Shown here in pieces: positions 12,791-26,637 of a stretch of DNA of 64,000 nucleotides. The position numbers were made by a program, and so were the translations under genes. Each line of letters begins with the position of its first letter. Position 1 is the stretch's first letter. The stretch covers positions 124,001-188,000 of the forward strand of contig JALDZX010000016.1 of the NCBI GenBank assembly GCA_022813865.1, read 5' to 3'. The DNA is from Xylographa opegraphella (Eukaryota). The notes below the pieces were generated by a model. The model was not told where the DNA came from. It searched no databases and saw nothing but the letters and a program-made list of their open reading frames with translations.

Positions 12791-14316
12791 ATGGCTGCCT
12801 CCTTTACCCGTTTGGCTGGTCACAGCGCCAAGAGACTCTGTGTACGGGCTACCCAAAACCGGACCACTCTTTCCAACGCTTTCACCCGATCAATTGCCAC
12901 TTCGATTCCCCGGCACTACGCAGAGGCACATGAAGGAACTAAGCTTGTACCCACCGATGAGAGGTTTGGTATGCCAGCAGATGGCAGGGAGAACGATCCT
13001 TCAAACACAAACCCAGAAGATGGCGAAGCGGCAGAGAAGCGAAAGATCAGGCATTACACTGTGAACTTCGGACCTCAACATCCTGCTGCTCATGGTGTGT
13101 TACGCTTGATTCTTGAACTGAACGGGGAGGAGATAGTCAGAGCAGATCCCCACGTCGGTCTACTGCACCGTGGAACAGAAAAGTTGATCGAGTATAAGAC
13201 ATACCTCCAGGCTTTACCATACTTCGACCGACTAGATTATGTCTCTATGATGACGAATGAGCAGTGCTACTCGTTAGCCGTCGAAAAGCTACTGAATGTT
13301 GAGATCCCAGAGCGGGCAAAGTGGATCCGGACGTTGTTTGGAGAGATTACAAGAGTTTTGAACCACTTGATGTCTGTTCTTTCGCACGCAATGGATGTTG
13401 GAGCACTGACACCGTTTCTTTGGGGGTTCGAAGAGAGAGAAAAGCTTATGGTGCGGCATTCAATTAGCTTCTATTTTTCAAAAAAGTGCTAATTTTCTGT
13501 ATAGGAATTCTACGAACGTGTCTCTGGAGCTCGCCTCCACGCAGCTTATGTCCGACCTGGTGGAGTGCATCAAGACTTACCTATTGGCCTCCTTGACGAC
13601 ATCTACCAATGGGCCACCCAGTTCGGTGACCGGATCGATGAGACCGAAGAACTTCTCACAGACAATCGTATCTGGAAAGGCAGAACTCAGGGCATTGGCG
13701 TTGTATCCGCCGCAGACGCACTTAACTACTCTTTCTCTGGCGTCATGCTGCGAGGCTCGGGTGTCCCTTGGGATATCCGAAAGAGCCAGCCCTATGATGC
13801 ATACGACCAAGTGGAATTCGATGTTCCTGTTGGTATCAACGGAGACTGTTACGATCGGTACTTATGCAGAATGGAGGAATTCAGGCAAAGTTTGAGGATA
13901 ATTCACCAATGCTTAAACAAGATGCCTCCAGGGCCTATCAGGTGCGAGGACTATAAGATCTCACCGCCACCAAGAGCAGCTATGAAGGAGAACATGGAGG
14001 CGCTCATCCACCACTTCTTGCTCTTTACCAAAGGTTACACTGTGCCTCCCGGTGAGACATACTCTGCCATTGAGGCACCAAAGGGAGAGATGGGTGTCTT
14101 TATTGTAAGTGATGGCAGTGAGAGACCATACAGGTGCAAGATTCGGGCACCAGGGTTTGCCCATTTAGGCAGTTTCGACCAGATTTCGCGCGGCCATCTC
14201 CTCGCCGACGCCGTCGCGATAATCGGGACAATGGATCTCGTGTTCGGGTAAGCATTCATCATCCTGTCGTTGTCTGTATCCTTGCTGAGTCAGCCTTTAG
14301 TGAGGTGGATCGCTAG
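12791..14316 (+). CDS. NDUFS2: Mitochondrial NADH:ubiquinone oxidoreductase 49-kDa subunit (NuoD/NDUFS2, nuo-49)
   Basis: Arg/Ser/Ala-rich presequence, [44 protein letters not shown], terminal DLVFG|EVDR split by the last intron. Confidence 0.97.
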
Positions 14317-15703
14317 ATGGCATTACTCGTATAGCTTTCATAATAGAGCCAGTGTAAATATTCACACATCATTAGAGCCGAAATGGGGCTTTACGGAAGG
14401 AGTCTGGAGCCAATCGGAGCAGCATTGTTATGCTTTTACCGTGCGAATTTATTATGGGTCACTTAGTGAAGGATACAATTATTGCTTCACGCTCAAACCA
14501 AGGATGCCTAAGTACAGGCAAACATGACATTAGTGTGACTTAATCGACTATGTCGTACATTCAACTGGACTTTCGAGAAGATCTCCAATACACAAAGCAT
14601 AGTAGCAATTGGGGACCCGCAACACAAGTTTCCCACCATTCGAGGTCTCATGCTGGCAAATTGTGACATTCCGCCCACCGTTCTCTATTGTAAACTGTGA
14701 CATCCAGCCTACCAGACGTTATTCACTGCTTCTTTCTGTGTTTTCTTGACAACGACTCTGCCAGTATATGTACTCATTCGGGCCCCCCATAGAAGCTTTG
14801 ATTTGCACTAAACCTGGTCCGGGAAAAGCCACGGTTTCGGGATGTCGCATTGGCCAGCTCTTTAAGCTTCGTCAATATTTCATAGCCGGTATAGCATTGA
14901 CACCATGGAGCGGGTCTTCGGCGACGAAGGATGAGATGTGGTGAATAGGACTTGACTAAGGTAAAGTAACTAACTTATTAACGGCTGGTTGCGTCACTGC
15001 CTAAGGTAAGGCCCACCAACAGCCTTCGGGCTTCGGTACCAGAGATGCGCGGCTGTCCTGCAGCTCTTAGCTCGTGCTGGGGTCAGGAAACATCCTCAAA
15101 GGAAGCTGCTTCTGACTTCCTACCTGATTATCTTCCAAGCATCTTCAAAGCCGTGCTGCGGTGTAGAGCGCTGAGAATATTCCTAATTCTCACAAAATAC
15201 GCATATTATTGCGCCCGTGACAATTGCGCCCGTACCAGGTGAAGAGCTGAGGTGGGTCTGAAAGCTTCTAGGTTCAAGTGCTTGATACCCTCGTAGATGA
15301 GACGACTACGGGATATCTGAGCTTTGTGTTTGGTAGTCCTTGATCCCCTAGGTCTCTTTGGTCTTCTCTTTTGTTCTTTCGACTTTGAGCCATTTATGCA
15401 CTTTGATAGTTACTTGAACGATTAAGAGCACTTGAAACGCTCTTGCATCCTTCGAAGTCTTTCATATAATTGACGGATACTGCTGGTAGATGGTGTAGAT
15501 GTTCAGAGATAGGTTGTGAGGTTGTTGGGGTAGACGGGGGTGCTGGGCTGGTGTAGGGTACGTTTGTCCGAATATCAAATCTCCTGACGCGTTGCACGCT
15601 CACAACTCCCATCCATTCCACCCAAGATATTGCAAACAGCAACTCCTGTATCCTCAGACTTTCTTCTGTTGCCTTTGCACGTCTCTTTACCATCCTTGTC
15701 AAG

Positions 15704-18700
15704 ATGCTTAGCCGTATCACTCCACAGCGTACTGCGTCAGGGGCTAATACGCATCGAACAGACGAACGTTTTGTAGGCAACCAGACATCAGGACTCGACG
15801 AAGACAATTCGAACGAGGACAACGACGTAGAGAACAAGCAAAAGCAGAAATCTTCCCTTGCACGCAGGCTTTTCTCCAGCAAAACTGGAAAGCAGCGTCA
15901 CGAGCCTCCTGGAGGCTCCTTAATCGCCACAGCAACATCCGACGATCTTACCACTCAATTTCATCAAGGAGTTAATTCTGATTCTTCACCAACATCAGAC
16001 CAGACACCACTTGTAATCAACCCAACTGCGCCGATTCCACCAGAGACTCCAGATCCGCAACCGGAAACCTCTCGAAAACAACGACAAAAGTTGTCTCAGA
16101 AACTCTTGCGGCCACTCAACGCGTGGAACGGTCCTTCCTTAGGGGATCACCACGGATTTGTTTCCGAGTCGTTACACAAGTTCAGCTCTAGGTCGTTCTT
16201 TCCTAGACGTGCAAAAGCAAACCGTTCAGATACAGCTCAGCCAGAAGCTGCTAGTTCAAATCTTTATTCAGGTCATACACAGCCAACTCTCGTACATCCA
16301 GATGCAATACAGCCAGATTTTGCGCGGCCAAGCATAGAGCCCACTCACTCTGTTATCACACAGTCACGTATCTTTGAAGCAGAGTCCACGCCTCCGGTTT
16401 TCTCACATCCAACCATTCTTGATTCAGAGTCTGCTCAATCGCATATCTTTGAATTAGATCCTACCCGTTCAGGACCCAGAAATTCAAGCATCTTCAATTC
16501 AGAGCTTTCTCAACCAGATATCATACAATCCAGCACCATACTGCCAGATATTGCACGGTCAAGTAACTTTGAACCAGAGTCTACTCAACCTGACATAGTA
16601 AGGCCAAGAATCTTCGACGCAGAGTCCACTTACCCAATTTCATACAACCAAGCATATTTGGTTCAGAGCTTGCTCAACCAGATATCTTGAAATCAGATCC
16701 CTCTCACGCAGGTCTCATTCATCCAGATATTTCTGATCAAGATCTTGCTCAACCAAACATCTTGGAAGCAGATCCTATCCATCCAGGTCTTACACATCCA
16801 ACCATTTTTGATCTGCATCCTGCTCAACCAAACATCTTGGAAGCAGATCCTATTCATCCAGGTCTCACACATCCAGATATTTCTGATCAAGATCTTGCTC
16901 AACCAAACATCTTGGAAGCAGATCCTTTTCGTCCAGGTCTCACACATCCAGAAATTTTCGATCAAGATCTTGCTCTACCAAATATATTGGAAGCAGATCC
17001 TATCCATCCAGGTCTCACACACCCAACCCTCTTTGATTTAAAGCTCGCTCAACCAGATATCTCACAATTAGATCCCTTTCACCCAGTTCTTACACATCCA
17101 ACCGACTTTGATTTAGAACCTGCTCAACCAGATAATTGGAAAGCAGATTCCACTCACCCAGTTCTTACACATTCGACCGACTTTGATTTAGAACCTGCTC
17201 AACCAGATATCTTGGAAGCAGATTCCACTCACCCAGATTTTATACATCCGGACATTTTTACTTCGAAGCCTGCTCAGCTAGATATAAAACAGCCAAGCTT
17301 CTCTGAATTAGAGCCCACTCATCCAGGCTTTTTTGAATCTGATCTCATTCAGCTAGATTCAGTGGACATGGCAGCGGCAGACCGTTTGTCGTTTTTAATG
17401 GTGGAGAAGCCGTATGCTCGATTCGCGATACAGGAAGCACGTAAAGCAGAGCGAGAGATTCGTGAGATTCTTTCCAAAACCAACACGCCTTTTCCGCCGT
17501 ACAACTTCCTCGAATTGATCGGAAAGGGAACCTATGGTCGAGTGTACAAAGTCAAGGATGTCAAGAACAGGAGATTTGTGGCCCTAAAGATAGTCGATTG
17601 TGATGCAGTCGACTTTAAAGCTCCAAAGAAACATAGAGATGTCACGATTGCAGAGATGATCAAAGAAACCAACATTCTTGTAGACTTAAAGCAACACGGA
17701 GTCAAGAACATCAATACAATCTTTGATGCATTCGAGCTTCACTCTCAAGTCTGGATCCTGAGCGAGTACTGTCCCGGAGGTAGTATTAAGACGTTGATGC
17801 GCGCAAAATCCCCGCTGGAAGAGAAATACATCAAGGTCATCGCCCGTGAGCTTGCGGTAGGCTTGCATAGTATCCATAGTATTGGTGTTTTGCACCGGGA
17901 TATCAAAGGAGCAAACGTCATGATACATGAACGAGGGGAAATTCAAATTATCGACTTTGGTGTAGCGGCCACATTATCGTCTTCGAGCGACAAGAGAAGC
18001 ACTATGATCGGCACACCACACTGGATGTCGCCTGAGCTTGTAAACAAGGGTAGAAAACTGAAGTACGGAAAGGAGGTGGATGTTTGGGCTTACGGCTGTA
18101 CCCTTTTTGAGATGGCAACAGGTCTTCCACCAGGAGCCGGCAGAGATCCTGACTATGTCGAGCTCATGAAGAATCCACCGCGCCTGGAAGACGAGAGATA
18201 TTCTGTAGAGCTCCGTGAATTTATCGCGTATGTGCTGCAGCCGAAAACGGAGGATCGGAAATCGATGAAAGAAATTTGTGAACATGAGTACATTTCACTG
18301 AACCAGGAAGAATACCCGACAAAAATGTTGAGTGAGATGGTGAGGAGATTTCAGATCTGGGAACAGGCTGGCAATCAGAGAATATCCTTGATCAATCCAA
18401 AGCTCGGAGCCGCTATGATGCAGGCAGTTGACTTCGTGGGTGACAATGAGGATTGGAATTTCAGCACGACCGCTCAGGAACTCGATGATCTGGAGCTAGA
18501 TATTACGGTAGAAGACATCGACACAGCCTTAAGTCGAGACGCAGCATCTTCCACAAATCAATTTCGAACTTTACCAAACACGCAGAATTTACACCACGCT
18601 TCTGATCCCTTTACCTCACCAATACCTCAAGTCGAAGACGAGCACCAGCCACAAACACACAGTGATTTTCTTTCACCATCGCCGTCCCAGTACTCACAAC

Positions 18701-19818
18701 CACCTCCACGCCTCATATTCGAGAATGATCCTACCGCTACCATCCACGCCGACAATCACCGCTCACAACCAGTCATAATGTCCGACAGCATCTCGCCTGA
18801 TAGCCAGCGCGAAGTCACGGGCTATGCCATGGATGACACGACAATAACACATTCCATAGGATCTGGTGTGATCGTATCCGAGAAACTCACATCGGCAAAC
18901 GGTAAGAGCATCGAACGAGGCGCTGCAACTCTGCATGATATATATGATCCCAAGGCCACCGATCTTCCCTTGCGCACCTCGGACGACACGTCCACGAACC
19001 ATCAAGAGCTCCAAGTGGAGGCAGGACCGTCGTCTGTGGTGCCGGCCGTTGTGCTCTCAAACGTCGCCACCGTCCGAGCCAATGCTCAAAAGAACAAGAG
19101 AAAGACGATGGAGTGGTCGTTTGCGGATGCAACGGCTCAAGCACCCGCGGTGCCGTCCCGCCCTCAATTACTGCACTCGGTCACAGCACCAGCTGGGCCG
19201 GTGCACGATGCATCTGGCGCCTTGGACCTAGATGCAATGATGGAGGGTGGGACGGGGACGCTGGACCTCGATGCCTTAATGGCCGGGGACAGTGAAGCCG
19301 AGAGTTCGACGGCGCGCCCTTACGGGCAGAAGGAAGAGGCAGATGTGGAGGAAGAAGAGGAAGAGATGGCTTCGGCCAGTCGGTTTGCGTATGTGACTCA
19401 TATGCCTTCCCTCGCCAGCTCTCCTGCCTAATTACGTAACAAACTAATGTTTCATAGGACCGACACCGCCCCTCCCACCACCCGCCCTCCCGCAGTCTCC
19501 CCGCCAATGCCGGAATTCCCGTACTACGTCTTCCACGACGATTGTACGCTGGACGAAATGGCAGAGGCGCTAAGAGCCACGGTGGTCGACTTCAGCGGCG
19601 CCTTGGGGGCATTGCACGACCAGCTAGGGAAGATGATGGAGGAGGAGGAGGCGGCGGGGCTGTATGACGAGGACGAGGTGGAGGTGGAGGTGGAGGTGGA
19701 GGTGGAGGTGGAGGAGGAGGAGGAGGAGGAGGAGGAGGAGGAGGAGGAGGGGGAGGAAGAGGACGGGGAGGAGGGGGATGAGGATGGGGAGGAGGAAGAA
19801 GACGACGACGACGAGTAA
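15704..19818 (+). CDS. nak1: STE20/GCK-group Ser/Thr kinase, Nak1/Kic1-like, with a long repeat-containing N-terminal extension (frameshift near 16637; possible alternative start ATG at 17368)
   Basis: LIGKGTYGRVYK, VALK, HRDIKGAN, DFG, GTPHWMSPE, DVWAYG, C-terminal RKTMEWSF motif. Intron 19389-19457 joins an acidic last exon ending at 19818. The upstream ORF 15704-16690 carries the same repeat type in another frame. Orthology to nak1 is a recognition-level call. Confidence 0.8.
16270..17345 (+). repeat. Coding minisatellite: about nine 75-bp units (16660-17334) built on a 15-bp sub-period, with degenerate units upstream
   Basis: Units start at about 16660, 16735, 16810, 16885, 16960, 17035, 17110, 17185 and 17260; consensus peptide DQDLAQPNILEADPIHPGLTHPDIS. 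Confidence 0.95.
19675..19749 (+). repeat. (GAGGTG)6 followed by (GAG)13 microsatellite encoding (EV)6-E13
   Basis: Read directly in the kinase last exon. Confidence 0.95.
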
Positions 19819-20511
19819 TCCGTCGTGGTGCTTTTCTATCCGCAGGCGGCGACGGGGACGGAGGAGGGTGCTCAAAGCTGCCGGCGATGGCTGCGTTGAC
19901 AGCAGAACAGTACTCGAACTGTACTAGTATGAATTACGACCTTGACGTCGACCGCGTGTGCTCGACATTCGATTCGTGCACGAAGCATGCGTCTCTGCCT
20001 ACTGCCTACGAACGAGTGCCTCATGGGATCGCGTCACTTCTGCGCCGAGCCTCGCAAGGTCACCGAACATGGATCGATTTGACGAGTTTGGACGAACCAT
20101 GCTGTTCGAGCCCTAGCTACGACACGTGACATTGCTGCACGATGATTTCGTGTCCAACAAAGCCTGCGCGTGGATACCGTTCGACAGTGCTGATGGAGCT
20201 ATTTTGGGATTATAATTTCATCCAATCGGGTTCACTGGGCATGTCATTTCTCAGCTTCCCCTGCTCCCAGACCGCAGACCGCTTCTTATGAGAAGGATTC
20301 GATCAGGGGGAGCTCCTTGGGCGATTGGTGGAGATAAGACGGACTTAGACGACATTTGAGCACGGCAGCTAATTTCGTCCAAGGTGTAAATGGAGATGGA
20401 ATTGCGGGAGGCAATTTATGCTGGAGAGCCGGTTCTATGAATTCTATGCAAGGAGATTCTTATGTGGAGTCAGTTCAAGTTGACATTAACGGTGACGCTG
20501 TCAGTGACAGT

Positions 20512-20538
20512 GACGTGGACGTGGACGTGGACGTGGAC
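20512..20538. repeat. (GACGTG)4 microsatellite
   Basis: tGACGTGGACGTGGACGTGGACGTGGAC upstream of the ABC transporter. Confidence 0.85.
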
Positions 20539-21106
20539 GATACTTATGCAACGGCGGATCTCGGATCGTGGATGATGGGGGATGCCAAGATCAGGCTCGG
20601 GGCCGTCAGCAATTGGCTGCGTACGTACGTACCTTAGTAACCGGAAAGGTTAAGGTATTCAAACGTTATATTTATGCAGAACTTAGGCATGTGTTGTGCA
20701 CTTGCGCCGGAAAGTAGACCGCCCATTTATCCCCCCACTGACCCTTTCCTCCAAGCACCTGTCGGTCAGCTTACGGCAACTCGGACTGCTGGCTCGGGAG
20801 CGTCCGACCTCTGGGTCCGAGGGGCGGAAGTTCGTACATCCGATGGACCGCATCGACACGCGAATGAGGCAATGAAGATGAACATACGACAAAATCCACT
20901 CTTCTGCTTTAAATATCTCCTTTACTGTCTGTCCGTCAGCTTCGCGAAGAGATATCTACGGTTGCCCTTTGTGTAGTCTGTATTTCACTGGCTTCCATGG
21001 TGTAATATAATCTTTCTTGCTCTGTCGTAACCTTCCCCTCTTGTCCTCGCAAAAGTGACACTCCTTCTTCTTTCTCAATTCGTTCACCTTGACGGCCGAT
21101 TACAAG

Positions 21107-24100
21107 ATGTCGCTGGTAGGCAACTTCGCCTTCGGTAACTATGATAAGACAGCAGAAAATGCCGGGTCTCCTCAAATGGCGCACCGAGATTCTAATGCCG
21201 CGTACAATTCGAGTGACAACACTTCCGAGCTCGACGACCTTGCGAACGAGAAGAGCAGAGGAGATCGGGGTGCTTCCATCGAAGACCTACAGGGTGACAA
21301 GGAAGTCCACCAGTTAGCGCGTCGGATGACTGAGCAATCCATAACGAGTGGACAGAATCCCTTCGATGCTCCTAAAGGTTCCAGCCTCGACCCTAACTCA
21401 GAGAACTTCTCGTCAAGAGCGTGGGCTAAGTCACTCCTTCACTTACAATCGAGAGATCCAGAGAAGTATCCTACCAGAACCTCCGGCGTTGCCTTTAGGA
21501 ACCTCAGCGTGCACGGATTCGGGGCAGCCACGGACTATCAAAAGACAGTCAGCAACATCTTCCTCGAAGCTGTCGGTCTTGCGCGTAGGGTGGCAGGCAC
21601 TGGCCAACGCAAGATCAATATCTTACGTAACTTCGATGGGCTCCTTAATAGCGGTGAGATGCTGATGGTACTTGGTCCCCCGGGGAGTGGCTGCTCAACC
21701 TTGCTCAAAACCATTGCCGGAGAGACTCATGGACTGTATATAGCAGAAGACTCATACATGAACTACCAGGGTGAGTACCCGATGGTTCGCGCAAGACGAG
21801 CCTGACGAATAATTTATTCTCTAACGATGCAACAGGCATCAGTGCAAAACATATGCATAACTACTTCCGCGGTGAGGCAATATATACAGCCGAAGTCGAT
21901 GTACACTTTCCTCAGCTTAGCGTCGGTGACACTCTGTCCTTCGCAGCACAGGCCCGGGCTCCTAGGCATATTCCGGGTGGTGTGAGCCGTAAAGCATATG
22001 CAGAGCATCGAAGAGATGTCGTCATGGCAATGTTTGGTATCAGTCATACACTGAACACCAGGGTTGGAAACGATTTCGTGCGAGGCGTTAGCGGAGGCGA
22101 GCGAAAGAGAGTCAGTATCGCGGAAGCTACACTCAGCGCAAGTCCGCTCCAGTGCTGGGACAACAGCACGCGAGGCTTGGATAGTGCCAATGCTCTCGAG
22201 TTCTGCAGGACAATAAGGATGGAGACGGAGCTGATGGGCTCAGCGGCTTCCGTTGCCATCTATCAGGCTTCGCAGAGCGCTTATGACGTGAGGCTCAATA
22301 CTATCTTCGTGGGCTCTTCAAATCGCTGATTCTCTGATAGATATTTGACAAAGTCGTTGTTCTGTATGAGGGTTATCAGATATACTTTGGCCCTTCGACC
22401 CAGGCGAAACAGTACTTTATCGATTTAGGCTTTCATTGTCCTGAACGCCAAACTACGGCCGACTTCCTTACGTCGATGACCAGTCCCATTGAGCGCATAG
22501 TCCGGTCTGACTTTGAGAGTAAAGTTCCACGTACTCCTGAGGAATTCGCCCGAGCCTGGAAAGATAGCTCCGCTCATGCGCAGCTCATGCATGATATCGA
22601 AGAGTATGAAAAGAAATACACCATAGGTGGGGAGCATCTCGAGAAGTTCAGAAATGCTCGAAAAGCGCAACAAGCGAAGCATCAGCGCATCAAATCACCG
22701 TACACCCTCTCCTATGGCCAACAAGTCGCCCTATGTCTGGAACGAGGATTCATGCGATTGAAGGGTGATCCTAGTCTGACCTTCACACAGCTCTTCGGCA
22801 ATTTCGTCATGGCTCTAATCATCGGAAGTGTCTTCTATAACCTGCAGCCAGATACATCCAGTTTCTACAGTAGAGGGGCTCTGCTCTTCTTTGCTATTTT
22901 AATCAATGCTTTCGGGAGCGCGTTGGAGATTCTGACTCTCTATGCTCAGCGACCCATTGTGGAGAAACATCAACGATACGCCCTGTACCATCCCTCTGCC
23001 GAAGCCTTTGCATCTATGCTTACAGACTTACCTTATAAGATTATGAACGCCTTTACCTTCAACCTGGCGTTATACTTCATGACAAACTTGCGGCGGGAAC
23101 CCGGTGCCTTTTTCTTCTTCGTGTTGATATCGTTCTTCCTCACACTGACGATGTCAATGTTGTTCCGAACCATTGCCGCAACTTCTAGGACGCTCACCGG
23201 AGCTCTGGCACCGGCTGCAGTCCTTATCCTTGCCATCATCATCTATACTGGCTTCGTCATCCCGACTCCTAATATGCTGGGCTGGGCGCGTTGGATCAAT
23301 TATCTTGATCCCATCGCTTACGGTTTCGAGGCTCTTATGATCAACGAGTTTTCCGGTCGGACTTTCGCTTGCTCCGTTTTCGTTCCATCTGGACCTGGAT
23401 ACGGTGCGGTTGGGAGCCTCAATCGCATTTGTTCGACAACCGGATCTGCTGCAGGCGCAAGTTTTGTGGATGGAGATGCCTATATTAATACTAGTTTTCA
23501 GTATTTTGCTGCTCATAAATGGCGGTAAGTTGATCCATCGAGCCTATTCACTGTCAACTGTTCACTAATTTTTATAGCAACTTCGGCATTATCCTCGCTT
23601 TCATGTTTGGATTGATGTTCACTTATCTTATTGCCAGCGAACTCATATCGGCCAAGAAATCCAAAGGCGAAGTTCTTGTTTTCCAGCGAGGGCATGTACC
23701 AGCAGTCTTGACCAAGACAAGTCCAGATGATGTGGAGGCCTCGGGTAATCTCAGGCACTCGCAGAATGCCGGGCCACGGCTATCCAGGGACATTTCTGCG
23801 GTAATCCAGAAACAGACAGCGATCTTTCAGTGGCATGATGTGTGTTATGATATTAAGATCAAGGGCGCCGAGCGAAGAATTCTTGACCATGTAGATGGCT
23901 GGGTGAAACCGGGAACTCTCACAGCACTTATGGGTGTCTCTGGTGCTGGTAAAACCACATTACTTGATGTACTGGCCACTCGTGTAACAATGGGTGTTGT
24001 GAGTGGTGAGATGCTTGTAGATGGTCGTCAGCGCGACGAATCATTCCAACGCAAGACCGGATACGTCCAGCAACAAGATCTCCATCTTGCTACGTCGACC

Positions 24101-25881
24101 GTCAGGGAAGCCTTGAACTTCAGCGCACTTCTCCGCCAACCGACCCATATACCACGAGACGAAAAGCTGGCATACGTTGATGAAGTCATCAAGATTTTGG
24201 ATATGCAGGAGTTCGCTGACGCAGTAGTTGGTGTCCCTGGTGAAGGTCTGTTCTGTCAAACCCCGTATCTGAAAATAGCTTATATGTCCAGGGTTGAATG
24301 TTGAACAACGAAAGCGACTCACTATCGGTGTCGAATTGGCTGCGAAGCCACAGCTTCTTCTGTTCCTGGACGAGCCAACATCGGGTCTCGACAGTCAGAC
24401 CTCTTGGGCAATCTGTGATCTCATGGAGAAACTCACGAGAAGTGGTCAAGCCATTCTTTGTACCATTCACCAGCCGTCAGCCATGCTCTTTCAGCGCTTC
24501 GACCGACTGCTCTTCTTGGCCTCGGGAGGCAAGACTGTGTACTTCGGCGAGGTGGGTAAGAACTCCTCAGTCCTTACCGAATACTTCCGGCGAAACGGTG
24601 CATCACCTTGTCCACCAGACGCCAACCCCGCAGAGTGGATGCTGGAAGTTATCGGGGCGGCGCCAGGTACGACGACAGATATCGACTGGCATCAAGTCTG
24701 GCGAAACAGCCCTGAACTAGCACAAGTCCACAAAGAGCTTGCGACTATGAAAGAGGAACTTCCACAGATATCTGCTCCTGCAGTTTCGCCCGATGACAAA
24801 GCTAGCTATCGAGAATTCGCCGCTCCCTTTGGTCAGCAGATGCGCGAGGTACTGTGGAGAGTGTTTCAGCAATACTGGCGAACACCATCCTATATCTACT
24901 CGAAAGCCACTCTCTGTATCGCCTCTGTAAGTGCACTTTAAGAATGCATTTGTCGGTACAAACCTGGTGCTAACGTACTTCTAGGGTCTCTTTATCGGTT
25001 TTTCTTTCTTTCGCGCGGAGAACAGTCAACAAGGCGTGCAAAACCAGCTCTTCTCCATCTTCATGCTGATGACTATATTCGGCCAGCTAACCCAGCAGAT
25101 CATGCCCCACTTCGTTACCCAACGTTCACTCTACGAAGTTCGCGAACGTCCCTCCAAAGCTTACTCCTGGAAAGCCTTCATGCTCTCCAACATTATTGTC
25201 GAACTTCCTTGGAACTCGCTATCCGCTCTGCTCATCTTCGTCTGCTGGTACTATCCGATTGGCCTTTACCGCAATGCCGAGCCCACCAATGCCGTCCATG
25301 AGCGCGGTGGCTTGATGTTTCTATTTATCCTCGAATTCTTACTCTTTACTAGCACTTTCACCAACATGGTCATCGCTGGCGTGGAGACGGCCGAAACCGG
25401 TGGCAACATTGCCAATCTGATCTTCTCCCTCAGTCTCGTCTTCTGCGGTGTCCTCGCGAGCCCAACGGTCCTGCCCGGCTTCTGGATCTTCATGTACCGT
25501 GTATCCCCTTTCACCTATCTCGTCAGCGGCATGCTCGCCACCGCCATTGCCAACACGGACATCGTCTGCTCCTCCATCGAGTTTCTGAATTTCGAGCCGA
25601 CGGCGGGGAAGACCTGCCACGCCTACATGGCCCCCTACATCGATTTGGCGGGCGGGTACCTGCAGAACCCGTCGGCGACGGCGAATTGCAGCTTCTGCGC
25701 CGTCAGCAGCACGAACACTTTCTTGGCGCAGGTCAACAGCTACTACGATCTCCGGTGGCGGAACTTCGGCATCATGTGGGCTTTCATCGTCTTCAACGTC
25801 TTCGCGGCGCTGTTGGCGTATTGGGCGCTGCGGGTGCCCAAGAACGGGGCCAGCAAGGAGAAGAAATCGAAGAAGGAGTGA
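21107..25881 (+). CDS. Full-size PDR/ABCG multidrug ABC transporter (NBD-TMD)2
   Basis: NBD1 Walker [10 protein letters not shown] and signature [27 protein letters not shown]2 GVSGAGKTT and [44 protein letters not shown] motifs; five short introns. Confidence 0.96.
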
Positions 25882-26637
25882 TCCCTGGCCGTGGGTGCTG
25901 TTTTCCCCCGGCGAGGATTATGCCGCTTTTTTGCCCGTCTTGAGGGCCTTTTTCCTTTTTTTGCATTGTTTTTGTCAGAAGCGTACCTCGACTCGTCGTC
26001 GGATTTTTCTTATTATTAGCCTCGGAGATGTAACACCGAATGGCACTGGCATAAGTAGATTGGACCGGACGGGTCGGCATAGAATAGATGGGGGCGGGGA
26101 AAATAAACATCTACTGGGGCTTTTCTTGGCACCTCCCCTCCTGCCGTGTGGTGTCTGCGGGTGGAGGATTGGCCCCTCGGATCGAAAGGACTCGAGTGGG
26201 GTGGTTATCTGTGGGATTAAGCTGCTTGGATCCGTAGATGGTAGATAGATTAGATTTTACGCGGTAGATTTAAAAAAGGGGGGGGAGAATGGAATAGAAG
26301 GAATTACCTATGCTGCGGGGTTTTGAAGATGCGGATATTATATCCTATGCGGGGCGGCGTGGACGTGAAAAGCTTCGAAGAGTGTGAAATGATGGTGCCC
26401 CTGACTGTCTCCGGGGGAAGTTCCGAGTGTGAAAATCACGGATGACGAAAATCAAGGTTCGTATTACGCACCTGGGAAGCATGTGACCACTAAGCCGAAC
26501 GAAATCCAAAAAACGGATCTAGATCTAAAGAATATCTATATTCTATATGTCTAATAGAACGGAGAGAAAGTCATAAGCATCGCGCATTCACCTGCAAAAC
26601 GCATCAACCGCGGAATTCCCCCCCCGCTTCCCACAAC

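Noticed and set aside
16660..17334. CRISPR-like array
   Set aside because: Units are contiguous with no unique spacers, are in frame within a eukaryotic gene, and no cas genes are present; it is a coding minisatellite.
21670..21702. Cys instead of Lys in ABC NBD1 Walker A as an inactivating mutation
   Set aside because: GxxGxGCST is the normal degenerate site of fungal PDR transporters.
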